Source: an uncultured Sphingobacterium sp.
Lineage (GTDB): Bacteria > Bacteroidota > Bacteroidia > SpSt-205
DNA length: 64,000 nt
Reading direction: 5' to 3'
NCBI GenBank assembly: GCA_964489015.1
Contig: CAZAXD010000001.1
Span: forward strand, 168,532 to 232,531
The position numbers and the translations under genes were made by a program. Numbering within the stretch: position 1 is the stretch's first letter; every line of letters starts with the position of its first letter. The notes under the pieces are model-generated. The model was given only the letters and a program-made list of their open reading frames with translations. It was not told where the DNA came from and searched no databases. Positions 30,071 to 38,810 of the stretch are shown here, piece after piece.

Positions 30071-31089
30071 CGGGTCGCGCGGGCCTTTGGCAGACTAGAG
30101 ACCTGCACAAGTTCACGTATGTGTACGAGACCGATCACACTCCCCATGAGAGCAATTATCAATAGCATTAGCCAGACCTGCTTGGGATCATCTAAGTCCT
30201 GCCAGACAGGATAGCTTACTAAGCATAAAAGCCCCTGCGTAATCAAGAAAGACAGCGCCACCAAGGAAGGAGGTATCCCCAGGCGGGCTAGACGATGGCT
30301 CAGATGGTCGGTTCCGCCTACAAAAGGGCTCTTTCCCCTGGCAAGACGAGCTGCGATTACCCAAAATGTGTCACCGGCTAACAAGCTATACACCTGCACA
30401 AGCGCTAAGATAGCAAGCCAGGGGAGGCTTGCGTGATGCCTGGCGATGTCGAGCCCTAAATAAGCCAAAACATAGCCTAAAAACTGACTGCCGTTATCCC
30501 CCATGTAAAAGGCAGCGGGTGGCCAATTTCGTATCAGAAAGGCGATAAGTGCCGCGGCTAAGGCTATGTATACGGCACCTGCCGTAGGACCCACTAAAAA
30601 GTAGCCCCACAACAGGAGGGGCAGAACTACACTTGCTGCTACCCCATCCATATTGTCCATCATGTTTAGGGCATTCATGACCGCTGTAAACCAGAAAAGC
30701 GTAAATCCTGCCGATAAGGAGGGATGCCCCAAGTCGATTTGAGGGCCACCTAGCAAAATCGTAAGTCCACCGGCCGCTAGCTGCCCAAGAAACTTGGAGT
30801 AGGGTAGCATCACGTAAGCGTCATCAGCTAAGCCTACCAAAAACGATAAGTTTCCCCCTGCTAAAAAGGCTAGGGGTATCGTATAGCCATTCGGCTGCCA
30901 AGCACCGACCCCTAGCATAACGATGAAAAAACCGATCCCACCAATGATAGGCTTTCGGCTACTATCCCAGCGCTTCTGGTTCGGGATACCTTGACTAAGA
31001 GCGCCTAAACGGTGGGTTAATCGAAAAAAGATCTCGTTCCACACCCAGCAAAAGAGGAGAGCGGCTAACACAATCTCAATGAGAGTCAT
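30067..31089 (-). CDS. MraY/WecA-family polyprenyl-phosphate N-acetylhexosamine-1-phosphate transferase
   Basis: 340 aa, ~10 TM. Motifs ..GLADD.., ..NMMDNMDG.. and ..FMGDNGSQFLG.. are typical of the WecA/MraY family. Confidence 0.75.
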   Translation of the reverse strand: MTLIEIVLAALLFCWVWNEIFFRLTHRLGALSQGIPNQKRWDSSRKPIIGGIGFFIVMLGVGAWQPNGYTIPLAFLAGGNLSFLVGLADDAYVMLPYSKFLGQLAAGGLTILLGGPQIDLGHPSLSAGFTLFWFTAVMNALNMMDNMDGVAASVVLPLLLWGYFLVGPTAGAVYIALAAALIAFLIRNWPPAAFYMGDNGSQFLGYVLAYLGLDIARHHASLPWLAILALVQVYSLLAGDTFWVIAARLARGKSPFVGGTDHLSHRLARLGIPPSLVALSFLITQGLLCLVSYPVWQDLDDPKQVWLMLLIIALMGSVIGLVHIRELVQVSSLPKARATR

Positions 31090-31131
31090 AGCTAATCCTC
31101 AACACCTCTCAAAGATAATAGCTTCTTAGCA

Positions 31132-31139
31132 TACCTTTG
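31132..31139 (+). promoter_or_regulatory. putative Bacteroidota sigma-A -7 box (TAccTTTG = TAnnTTTG) for gcvT
   Basis: Motif TACCTTTG lies 5 nt upstream of the gcvT GTG start. This implies a leaderless or very short-leader transcript. Confidence 0.3.
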
Positions 31140-31143
31140 CAAG

Positions 31144-32268
31144 GTGCTTAAAGAATCACCACTACGATCAGTTCATGAGGCAGGGGGCGCGACCTTTATG
31201 CCCTTTGGCGGCTGGCAAATGCCGCTGCGGTATCAAAGTGAAGTCGCTGAACATCACACCGTGCGGCAGAAGGTCGGGCTTTTTGATTTGTCTCATATGG
31301 GGGAATTTCTAGTTCGGGGCGATCAGGCCGAGGCTTTCCTGCAAAGCCTGCTTACGAACGACCTAAGCCGCCTGCCCGTGGGAAAAGCCCAGTATACCTT
31401 CCTCCTCAATGCGGAGGGGGGAATCCTCGATGACCTAATCGCCTACAAAATAGCCCCTGATCTTTTCATGCTCGTAGTCAATGCAGCCAATACGCCTAAA
31501 GACTGGGCTTGGCTGAACGAGCGAGTGCCTGCAGGCGTTACGTTGGAGGATATCTCTGATCGAACCGTGCTGATAGCCCTGTCAGGCCCTCATAGCACTG
31601 CCATCCTTGCGCCCCTCACAGAGGCTCCTATTGCAAGCTTACCCTATTATGCCTTCGTGAAAGGAACCGTAGCGGGTATTCCCAATGTCCTCATCGCAAC
31701 TACCGGTTATACCGGAGAGTGGACGTATGAGTTATTTGTGCTGGCTGAGGAAGGCATTAGGCTCTGGCAAGCGCTCATGAAGGCAGGCGAATCTCATGGT
31801 CTGCAGCCGGCCGGCTTGGCAGCTCGCAACACGCTCCGCCTCGAAATGGGGTACCTTCTGTGCGGCACGGATATCGACGAGACGACGACACCACTCGAAG
31901 CGGGCGCCGGCTGGGCTGTCAAGCTGCAAAAGGGGCCGTTCTTGGGTCGGGAGGCGCTCCTGCGTCAAAAGACCGAAGGGCTAACTCGGCGTCTGGTGGG
32001 GCTTGTTACCACCGAAGCGCGCTTTATTCCGAGAGGCGGCATGCCTATCCTGGATGCCCATCGGACGCCAATCGGCCGTATCACCTCGGGCTCGATTAGT
32101 CCTACGCTCAAAGTGGGCATTGGCTTGGGGTATGTCCCCGCTCCTTATCAGGAAGGCGACACCGTCTATCTTGATCTTCGTGGCCAACTGGTCCCCCTGA
32201 CTATCCGAAAACCCCCCTTCGTTGGTCCCACTTCTCTGACGCAGCGTCTCCAATCGGCAGCATCATGA
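31144..32268 (+). CDS. gcvT: glycine cleavage system aminomethyltransferase T
   Basis: MLKESPLRSVHEAGGATFMPFGGWQMPLRYQS.. matches the GcvT N-terminus (..TPL...H...GA.M..F.GW.MP..Y). 374 aa. GTG start. Confidence 0.88.
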   Translation: MLKESPLRSVHEAGGATFMPFGGWQMPLRYQSEVAEHHTVRQKVGLFDLSHMGEFLVRGDQAEAFLQSLLTNDLSRLPVGKAQYTFLLNAEGGILDDLIAYKIAPDLFMLVVNAANTPKDWAWLNERVPAGVTLEDISDRTVLIALSGPHSTAILAPLTEAPIASLPYYAFVKGTVAGIPNVLIATTGYTGEWTYELFVLAEEGIRLWQALMKAGESHGLQPAGLAARNTLRLEMGYLLCGTDIDETTTPLEAGAGWAVKLQKGPFLGREALLRQKTEGLTRRLVGLVTTEARFIPRGGMPILDAHRTPIGRITSGSISPTLKVGIGLGYVPAPYQEGDTVYLDLRGQLVPLTIRKPPFVGPTSLTQRLQSAAS

Positions 32269-32990
32269 AAGCTCTGCCCCTTCTGCGCGTTTGTCTCACC
32301 ACCGCCCTCATCTCGACCTTTGAGGTCAGGGACTATATCGTCGTGGTGATAGATATTTTGCGGGCTACGACGAGCTTTTGTGTAGCGCTGGATAGGGGAG
32401 TTTCCGAAATTCGGCCCGTCCGTTCGCTGCGGGAATGTCGTGAGTGGGGGCGGCGCGGTTACCTGACGGCCGCTGAGCGCGGCGCCCAGAAGGTCCCCGG
32501 CTTTGACTTTGGAAACTCACCCTTTGATTTCTTAGAGGCCGATCTAGCCGGGAAGCGACTGGCTTTTACGACCACCAATGGCACGCGAGCCCTGTGGGCT
32601 GTGCGTGAAGCTAAAAAGGTCGTAGCGGGCGCCTTTGTCAATATGTCTGTTCTCCTAAGCTGGCTCCGTCAACAAGCGGAGCCGGTCCTCCTCGTATGCT
32701 CAGGCTGGAAGGACCACGTTAACCTCGAGGATACGCTTTTTGCTGGTGCCGTGGCGACCTATTTAGAGGGCGATTTTCGGGTCTCAGATGACGCTACCCT
32801 CATTGCTATGAGCTTATATCAGCAAGCGGAAGCCCGCAAAAAGTACTATATCGAGCACTCCGCCCATTTTGATCGGCTTGTTCAGCTCGGTATGCAGCGG
32901 GATGTCAAGTATGCGCTGCGGCGCGACTTGCATCCTGTCTTGCCCTCCTATCAAGCGGGCGTTTTAACCAACGCCCTCACGCATGCCTAA
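32265..32990 (+). CDS. 2-phosphosulfolactate phosphatase family protein (ComB-like)
   Basis: 241 aa with motifs ..VIDILRATT.. and ..GNSP.. of the ComB family. Translationally coupled to gcvT. Confidence 0.6.
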   Translation: MKALPLLRVCLTTALISTFEVRDYIVVVIDILRATTSFCVALDRGVSEIRPVRSLRECREWGRRGYLTAAERGAQKVPGFDFGNSPFDFLEADLAGKRLAFTTTNGTRALWAVREAKKVVAGAFVNMSVLLSWLRQQAEPVLLVCSGWKDHVNLEDTLFAGAVATYLEGDFRVSDDATLIAMSLYQQAEARKKYYIEHSAHFDRLVQLGMQRDVKYALRRDLHPVLPSYQAGVLTNALTHA

Positions 32991-34161
32991 AATTCCTAGA
33001 ATTCGTTTACGCGCCGACAAAGTGGAGAAGCTGCGTCAGCAGCGCCATCCCTGGGTCTTTTCAGGAGCCCTGGTGCCCGATGATGTGGCTGAGAGCGGCG
33101 ACACCGTCCTCCTGACCGACGAAAAGGGCAATCCTGTCGCCTATGCGCACTGGGATGCAGAACACTCCATTCGAGCTCGCGTTTGGGCCTGGGTTGAACG
33201 GAATAAGCCTTTGCCGCCCACGGGCAAGGCTTTCTGGCAGGCGCGTTGGCAAGCCGCCCTCAAGCTGCGCCAGCAGCTCAATCTGGCCGCCGTCACCAAT
33301 AGCTATCGCCTTCTCAATAGCGAAGGCGATTACTGCCCTGGGATGATTGTAGACGTATATGACACCGTGGCAGTGCTCCAATTACGTACCCCCGGCGCTC
33401 AGCGGCTCCTCCCTGAGCTCGTACGCTTTTTGACCGACCATTTGCCCCTGCAGGGCATTTATCTGCGTGCCGAGACGTCAGAGGCATCCCACTGGGTGTG
33501 GGGGACGCCCCAGCCCACCGTGACCGTCATCGAGCATGGCTTGCAGTTCCTCACCGCTATCGAGACGGGGCAAAAGACAGGCTTTTTTTTAGATCAGCGG
33601 GATAACCGCCGACTTCTGGCAAGCTATGCCGCCGGCCGGCGTGTTGCCAACTTTTTCGCGTACACAGGGGGGTTTTCGCTTTATGCGGCTGCCGCCGGCG
33701 CCCAAGCCGTCCTTTCGGTCGAGATCATGGCAGAGCCCGTGCAGCTATTAGAGAAAAATTTTGAACGCAACGGCTTCTCTCAGAAAATCGACCATATCCT
33801 CCGGACGGAGGATGCTTTTCGGGTGCTTCCTACGCTAGAGCCGGGCGCTTGGGATGTCATCGTTCTCGATCCGCCCGCCTTTACCCATCATCAGGAAGCG
33901 CTGCCCCAGGCCCTGCGCGGCTATCGGTACATCAACCTGCATGCGCTGAGAGCCCTTCCCCCCGGGGGGCTTTTGTTTACCTTTTCATGTAGCGGCCACG
34001 TGACACCGCAGCTTTTTCGGGATGTCATTTTTCAAGCGGCCATGGAGGCCGATCGGCCTGTCCGTCTTCTTCACTTTCTACATGCAGCGCCTGACCATCC
34101 CGTGGATCTCTTTCACCCACAGGGTGAGTATCTTAAGGGATTTGTTTTGCAAGTTTATTGA
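32983..34161 (+). CDS. rlmI: class I SAM-dependent rRNA methyltransferase (RlmI/YccW-like, PUA + MTase)
   Basis: 392 aa with N-terminal PUA-like region and Rossmann methyltransferase motifs (..VANFFAYTGGFS..). Confidence 0.65.
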   Translation: MPKIPRIRLRADKVEKLRQQRHPWVFSGALVPDDVAESGDTVLLTDEKGNPVAYAHWDAEHSIRARVWAWVERNKPLPPTGKAFWQARWQAALKLRQQLNLAAVTNSYRLLNSEGDYCPGMIVDVYDTVAVLQLRTPGAQRLLPELVRFLTDHLPLQGIYLRAETSEASHWVWGTPQPTVTVIEHGLQFLTAIETGQKTGFFLDQRDNRRLLASYAAGRRVANFFAYTGGFSLYAAAAGAQAVLSVEIMAEPVQLLEKNFERNGFSQKIDHILRTEDAFRVLPTLEPGAWDVIVLDPPAFTHHQEALPQALRGYRYINLHALRALPPGGLLFTFSCSGHVTPQLFRDVIFQAAMEADRPVRLLHFLHAAPDHPVDLFHPQGEYLKGFVLQVY

Positions 34162-34183
34162 GGGAAGTTCGTACATTTGCCAC

Positions 34184-34846
34184 ATGTCTCACTTATCCAT
34201 TTCTGTGATTTTCAATCAGTCTTGGAGCCTCTTCAAAGCGAATTGGATGACACTAGTTGGCTTATTTTTGCTTTTTATCTTAGTGTCTCTTATTCCATTC
34301 ATCGGTAGCTTGCTGAGTGGCCTAATCTTTGGTCCGGCTCTCAGCATGGCGGCACTCTTAGCAGCCCGTCGAGGGCAGGTGGCCTTTGGCGAGGCTTTTT
34401 CAAATATAGGTCGCCTGTTACTTGTCTTTGTGTATCAGCTTATCTTATTTGCAGTGCCTATCCTCTTATCATTTTTGCCGTTCTTTTATGCTGCTCGTGA
34501 GTCTTTCGAGTATGCGGAGCCGATGATCACGGCTAGCCCAGGGATCGTGATTATGTCTGTTATGGGGGGGATTTTAGCCCTTATCATGTCAATATGGGGC
34601 TGGTCCGGATTCTATTTCATCCTAGATGGCAAGAAAGGGGTTTTTGGCGCGCTTAGTGCTAGCTTCTCCACGACTACCCAGAACATCGGTAGCGTGATAT
34701 TAGCCTTTCTACTACTTATAGGAATCAACATTTTGGGGGCATTCGCTTGTGGACTAGGGCTGATTGTCACCATGCCGCTCAGTTTTGTCTTTTTAGCGCT
34801 TTTATATTTGAGATTAACGGAGGGCACTCCCCACAGTCTGGCCTGA
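34184..34846 (+). CDS. hypothetical multi-pass membrane protein
   Basis: Start moved to MSHLSISVIF.. after the rlmI stop. About 6 TM helices. Markedly lower GC than its neighbours. Confidence 0.5.
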   Translation: MSHLSISVIFNQSWSLFKANWMTLVGLFLLFILVSLIPFIGSLLSGLIFGPALSMAALLAARRGQVAFGEAFSNIGRLLLVFVYQLILFAVPILLSFLPFFYAARESFEYAEPMITASPGIVIMSVMGGILALIMSIWGWSGFYFILDGKKGVFGALSASFSTTTQNIGSVILAFLLLIGINILGAFACGLGLIVTMPLSFVFLALLYLRLTEGTPHSLA

Positions 34847-34893
34847 GCCTCTATGCACTCTCGCTTTCTACGGTTGGGCGTTTAGCGCCTCTA

Positions 34894-35352
34894 ATGTGGA
34901 TGGCGCTTGCCCAGGCGCAAAATCAATCGTTACTGATTGTAGGCGTGGTTACCTCTAGTACCACTCAGACTACATCCGGCTGGTATCCAATGGTGCTCGA
35001 GCTGCAAATGCGGGGTAAAAAGGTACGTGGTACCAGCTTGTACCTGGTTCCCACTCAGTGGGAAGATTTCGTTTGCTATAGCCTAGAGGGAGAGCGGGAG
35101 GGGGATACCTATCACCTCACGGAGAAGGCCGTGCTTAAGGCTACCGCTATAGAAGGGGTATGGTTACGCAAGGCTATGACCCTTACTGTTACCGATGAGC
35201 ATGTGCAGGGTGAGTGGGAAGATATTGACGGCTTTCGGCAGCGCGGTGAGGTCCGGGCTAGCATTCGGCCTCTGCACTCAAGTGGCAAAAAGGGTAAAAA
35301 GGCCCCTACTTATACACGGCCTTTGCGGACTGACGCTAGTCCGGGGTCCTAA
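34894..35352 (+). CDS. hypothetical protein
   Basis: About 150 aa, from the internal Met (MWMALAQAQ..) after the previous stop. No recognisable domain. Lower GC. Confidence 0.35.
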   Translation: MWMALAQAQNQSLLIVGVVTSSTTQTTSGWYPMVLELQMRGKKVRGTSLYLVPTQWEDFVCYSLEGEREGDTYHLTEKAVLKATAIEGVWLRKAMTLTVTDEHVQGEWEDIDGFRQRGEVRASIRPLHSSGKKGKKAPTYTRPLRTDASPGS

Positions 35353-38300
35353 GCTGCTAGCCATTGATTCCACCGTCGCCATAGCCTGGCTAATCGTAAG
35401 CCGGCGGCATGGTGCAGGTAATACAGTGTTGGTACCACGACGAGCGTAATGACCGTAGCCACACTAAGCCCGAAGATAATCGTACTAGCCAGCGGTAGCC
35501 AGAAGAATGTCGTATCACCTCCAAAGAAGATTTTGGGGTCCCATTCCGTAAAGAGAGAGACAAAGTCTATGTTGAGTCCCACGGCTAAGGGGATTAATCC
35601 CAAAATCGTCGAGGCTGCTGTGAGTAGTACAGGCTTTAGCCGCAAGGAAGCACCGAGCACAATCGCTTCTCGGGTTCGGTGTCCCCGCGTCTTGAGCTCG
35701 TCAATGAATTCGACGAGGAGGATCCCGTTCTTGACTACGATGCCGATGAGCGCTACGATCCCAATCCCAGCTAGAACTACCGAAAATTCAATCCGGCTTA
35801 GCGCAAAGCCCCATATCACGCCAATCAGGCTAAAGAGCACTTGAGACAGGATAATAAACACCTTGCCCAGCGAGCGAAACTGCAAGATAAGCACAAAGAG
35901 TACGAGAGCCATTGCAACCAGAAAGGCGATCTGAAGGAATCGAGCCGCTTTAGCCTGCTCTTCCTGCTCGCCTCCGATGCGGATCTCCACACCGGCTGGG
36001 GCGGGATAAGCACGTAGGACCTGTCGGATCTGATTATTGACCTCGGTGGGGTTGTAGCCGGGCAGTACATCGGACGAGAGCGTCACGGCGCGTTTGAGGT
36101 TTTTGCGGCGGATGAGCCCTGATCCGCTGGCGTATTCCAGAGAGACGAAGTTAGCTAGGGGCAGCTGTTTGAGGCGACCATCGCTCATATCACGAAAGGT
36201 GATTTTATGCGCCAGAAGCTGAGAGGGATACGCCTGATAGCCTTCTTGATAGCGGATTTGGATAGGAAATTCCTCTTCAAGCTCTCGGAATTTACTGGCT
36301 TCTTTGCCGTAGATGGCTGTGCGTAGTTCGCTGCCGATCTGGGCGGCTGAGAGGCCGGCCCTTAGGACGCGGTCCCGATCGAGACGTACCAAGATTTCGG
36401 GCTGACTGAGTACTAAGTCGCTGGTAAGTTCTTGAACCCCTGGCACCCGCAGAGAGTCGAGATAGCGTTTGAGGGCGATAGCGGTTTGATTGACGAGCTT
36501 GGGGTCTTCGCCTAACACTTCGATCGTGACGGGCTTACCGGCGGGGGGACCAGCGCGGTCTGGCTCAACGCGTAGCTCCACGCCGGGCAGGTCCTTGAGG
36601 GCGTCATAAACCTTCTGTAAGTAGGGATGCGTCGAGATGCCGCTTCGCCGGCGAAACTCTACAAAGGCTACCGTTACTTTGGCACGGTTGGGGCTACTTG
36701 ACTGTATACTATTGAAGGGGTCGCCCGCACCTATGCCTACGTTTACGAGCACAGACGCCACCAACGGATTGTTAGGCCCGATGGCCTCTAATACCCGCGC
36801 ATAAGCTGCCTTAGCTACCGAGAAGGTGTAGTCGGCTGAGGTTCCTTCGGGCAGCTTGAGGTAGGCATAAATGTAATTTGGGTCTCGAGTCGGGAAAAAG
36901 ACAACTTTGGGCGGCCGTAACGCAAAAACCGTCAGGCCACCTACAAAGACCAGCCCTGTGCTAAGCAGCACCCATTTGGGATGGCCTCGCTGAATGCTCC
37001 AGCGTAAGATGCGCTGATGGAGGCTTACAAGGGCGGGGATGGCTCGTTCCTGCGCATACCGAATAAGGGCCCGAATGACACTACGGGCCAGGATGAAAAC
37101 AACGCCCAGAAAAACAATAAAGTTACCAAGTCCATGCGAACCGCTTAGATAGCTGATCCCAGCCAGGGCGGCCATGAGCCCTAGTACGAGCAAAAATCCT
37201 CGGGTAAATATGCGCTGCTTGGGGTTTTGGGGCCGCATGAAGTCTACCGCAAAAACAGGGTTGATGATGTACGCAACAAAGAGCGAAGCAAAAAGGGTGA
37301 TGAGCAGTGTCACAGGCAGGTAGTAGAGGAACTTGCCAGGAATGCTATTCCAGAAAAGCAGTGGGAAAAAGGGGGCAGCAGTCACTAAGGTCCCCGCTAA
37401 GACCGGCAAAAAGACCTCGGCGGCAGCCCAATTCGTAGTCTCAAGGATAGGGCGTCGGCCATTCTCAAAGAGGCGGTAGGTGTTTTCGACGACGACGATG
37501 GCATCATCCACGACAATGCCCAAGGCTAAAAGAAAGGAAAACAGCACGACTAAATTGAGAGAGTAGCCTAGGCTGGGCAGCAAAATAAACGCAACAAAGG
37601 AGGACAGAGGCACCGATAGCCCGACAAAGAGCGCGTTTTCCAGCCCAATGAAAAACATCATCACAAGCGTGACCAGGACGAAGCCGATGATGATCGAGTT
37701 TACCAGGTCGTCGAGCTGAAGCCGAGTCCGCTCGGACTGGTCATTCGTGATGACGATCTTCATGTTAGAGGGTAGGAGGTTCGGTTGGCGGAGAATAGCT
37801 TGGATAGCATCGGCCGTTTCGACGAGGTTTTCGCCTGCTTTTTTGATCACATTCAGGGTAATAACCGGGTTTCCATCGAGCAGGGCATAGCTATCTTGTC
37901 GTTTATAGCCGTCGTAGACAGTCGCTACGTCTTTGAGAAAGACCGGTGCACCAAAGCCAGAACGAACGACAAGGTCCTGGATCTCGCGGACAGAGCGAAA
38001 TCGGGCATCTAGGCGTAAGGTGCGGTTTTGTCGGCCGAGGTCCACCTCACCCGCTGAAATGAGGATGTTATCGCGAGCGATGGCGTTTTCGATGTCGCTA
38101 AAAGCCAGTCCGTAAGCCTGTAGCTTTTGCATGTCCACGTCGATCCGGATCTCGCGTTCGAGGGCCCCGATAATATCCACCCGACGCACCTGGGGCAGGG
38201 CCTCGATGCGGTCCTTCAGGTCATCGGCAAGCCGCTTGAGCTGCGCCGGGGTGTAGGGCCCAGAGAGATTGATATTCATGATCGGAAACTCAGAAAAGTC

Positions 38301-38705
38301 TACATCCGTGACGGTGGGCTCTTTAGGGAGGTCGGAGGGGAGGTCTGGGCGGGCCTTGTCGACCGCGTCTTTTACCAGGTCTTTACACTCCTTTGGGTCT
38401 TTATTGATGGTAAACTCAATCACGATGGTGGAGACGTCCTGCTGAGAATGGCTATTTATCTTTTCAATGCCGCTGAGGCCCTTCAGGCGCTTTTCGATGG
38501 GGCGCGTGACAAGGTTTTCAATGTCGGCCGGCGAAGAGCCAGGATACACGGTATTCACCACTATCGTGGGAATGACGAGGTCGGGAAATAGCTCTTTGGG
38601 CAGCGTGATGTAGCTGTAAATGCCCAGCCCGGTAATAAGAAGGGATAAGACATAAATCGCTAAGCGATTGTGGGTAGCCCAAAAGGTGGGACCGAAACGC
38701 TGCAT
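35349..38705 (-). CDS. efflux RND transporter permease subunit (AcrB/HAE-like)
   Basis: 1118 aa with the 12-TM, two-large-periplasmic-loop RND architecture. N-terminus ..LAIYVLSLLITGLGIYSYITLPKELFPDLVIPTIVV.. is typical of the family. Confidence 0.85.
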   Translation of the reverse strand: MQRFGPTFWATHNRLAIYVLSLLITGLGIYSYITLPKELFPDLVIPTIVVNTVYPGSSPADIENLVTRPIEKRLKGLSGIEKINSHSQQDVSTIVIEFTINKDPKECKDLVKDAVDKARPDLPSDLPKEPTVTDVDFSEFPIMNINLSGPYTPAQLKRLADDLKDRIEALPQVRRVDIIGALEREIRIDVDMQKLQAYGLAFSDIENAIARDNILISAGEVDLGRQNRTLRLDARFRSVREIQDLVVRSGFGAPVFLKDVATVYDGYKRQDSYALLDGNPVITLNVIKKAGENLVETADAIQAILRQPNLLPSNMKIVITNDQSERTRLQLDDLVNSIIIGFVLVTLVMMFFIGLENALFVGLSVPLSSFVAFILLPSLGYSLNLVVLFSFLLALGIVVDDAIVVVENTYRLFENGRRPILETTNWAAAEVFLPVLAGTLVTAAPFFPLLFWNSIPGKFLYYLPVTLLITLFASLFVAYIINPVFAVDFMRPQNPKQRIFTRGFLLVLGLMAALAGISYLSGSHGLGNFIVFLGVVFILARSVIRALIRYAQERAIPALVSLHQRILRWSIQRGHPKWVLLSTGLVFVGGLTVFALRPPKVVFFPTRDPNYIYAYLKLPEGTSADYTFSVAKAAYARVLEAIGPNNPLVASVLVNVGIGAGDPFNSIQSSSPNRAKVTVAFVEFRRRSGISTHPYLQKVYDALKDLPGVELRVEPDRAGPPAGKPVTIEVLGEDPKLVNQTAIALKRYLDSLRVPGVQELTSDLVLSQPEILVRLDRDRVLRAGLSAAQIGSELRTAIYGKEASKFRELEEEFPIQIRYQEGYQAYPSQLLAHKITFRDMSDGRLKQLPLANFVSLEYASGSGLIRRKNLKRAVTLSSDVLPGYNPTEVNNQIRQVLRAYPAPAGVEIRIGGEQEEQAKAARFLQIAFLVAMALVLFVLILQFRSLGKVFIILSQVLFSLIGVIWGFALSRIEFSVVLAGIGIVALIGIVVKNGILLVEFIDELKTRGHRTREAIVLGASLRLKPVLLTAASTILGLIPLAVGLNIDFVSLFTEWDPKIFFGGDTTFFWLPLASTIIFGLSVATVITLVVVPTLYYLHHAAGLRLARLWRRWNQWLAA

Positions 38706-38786
38706 ATCCCCAAAAACTCAAAAAACTCAGAAAAAGTTCCGAGTTTCCGACATTAGGGTTCGGCCACGGCTTGACGGCTTTGGTCG

Positions 38787-38794
38787 TATATTTG
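38787..38794 (+). promoter_or_regulatory. putative -7 box TATATTTG (TAnnTTTG) inside a 15-nt tandem duplication upstream of the C25 peptidase gene
   Basis: TATATTTG at 38787-38794. tatttgtatgtctat is directly repeated twice across 38789-38818. aaaaactca is repeated twice at ~38721-38738. Confidence 0.3.
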
Positions 38795-38810
38795 TATGTC
38801 TATTATTTGT

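Noticed and set aside
35449-35844. Antisense and alternate-frame ORFs inside the large RND genes, the C25 gene, the T9SS adhesin and nuoG (for example 35449-35844, 38127-38591, 41898-42455, 11570-12214, 21342-21773)
   Set aside because: They are embedded in long, homology-supported genes on the opposite strand or in another frame. Their Arg/Gly/Pro-rich composition is typical of spurious ORFs in GC-rich DNA.
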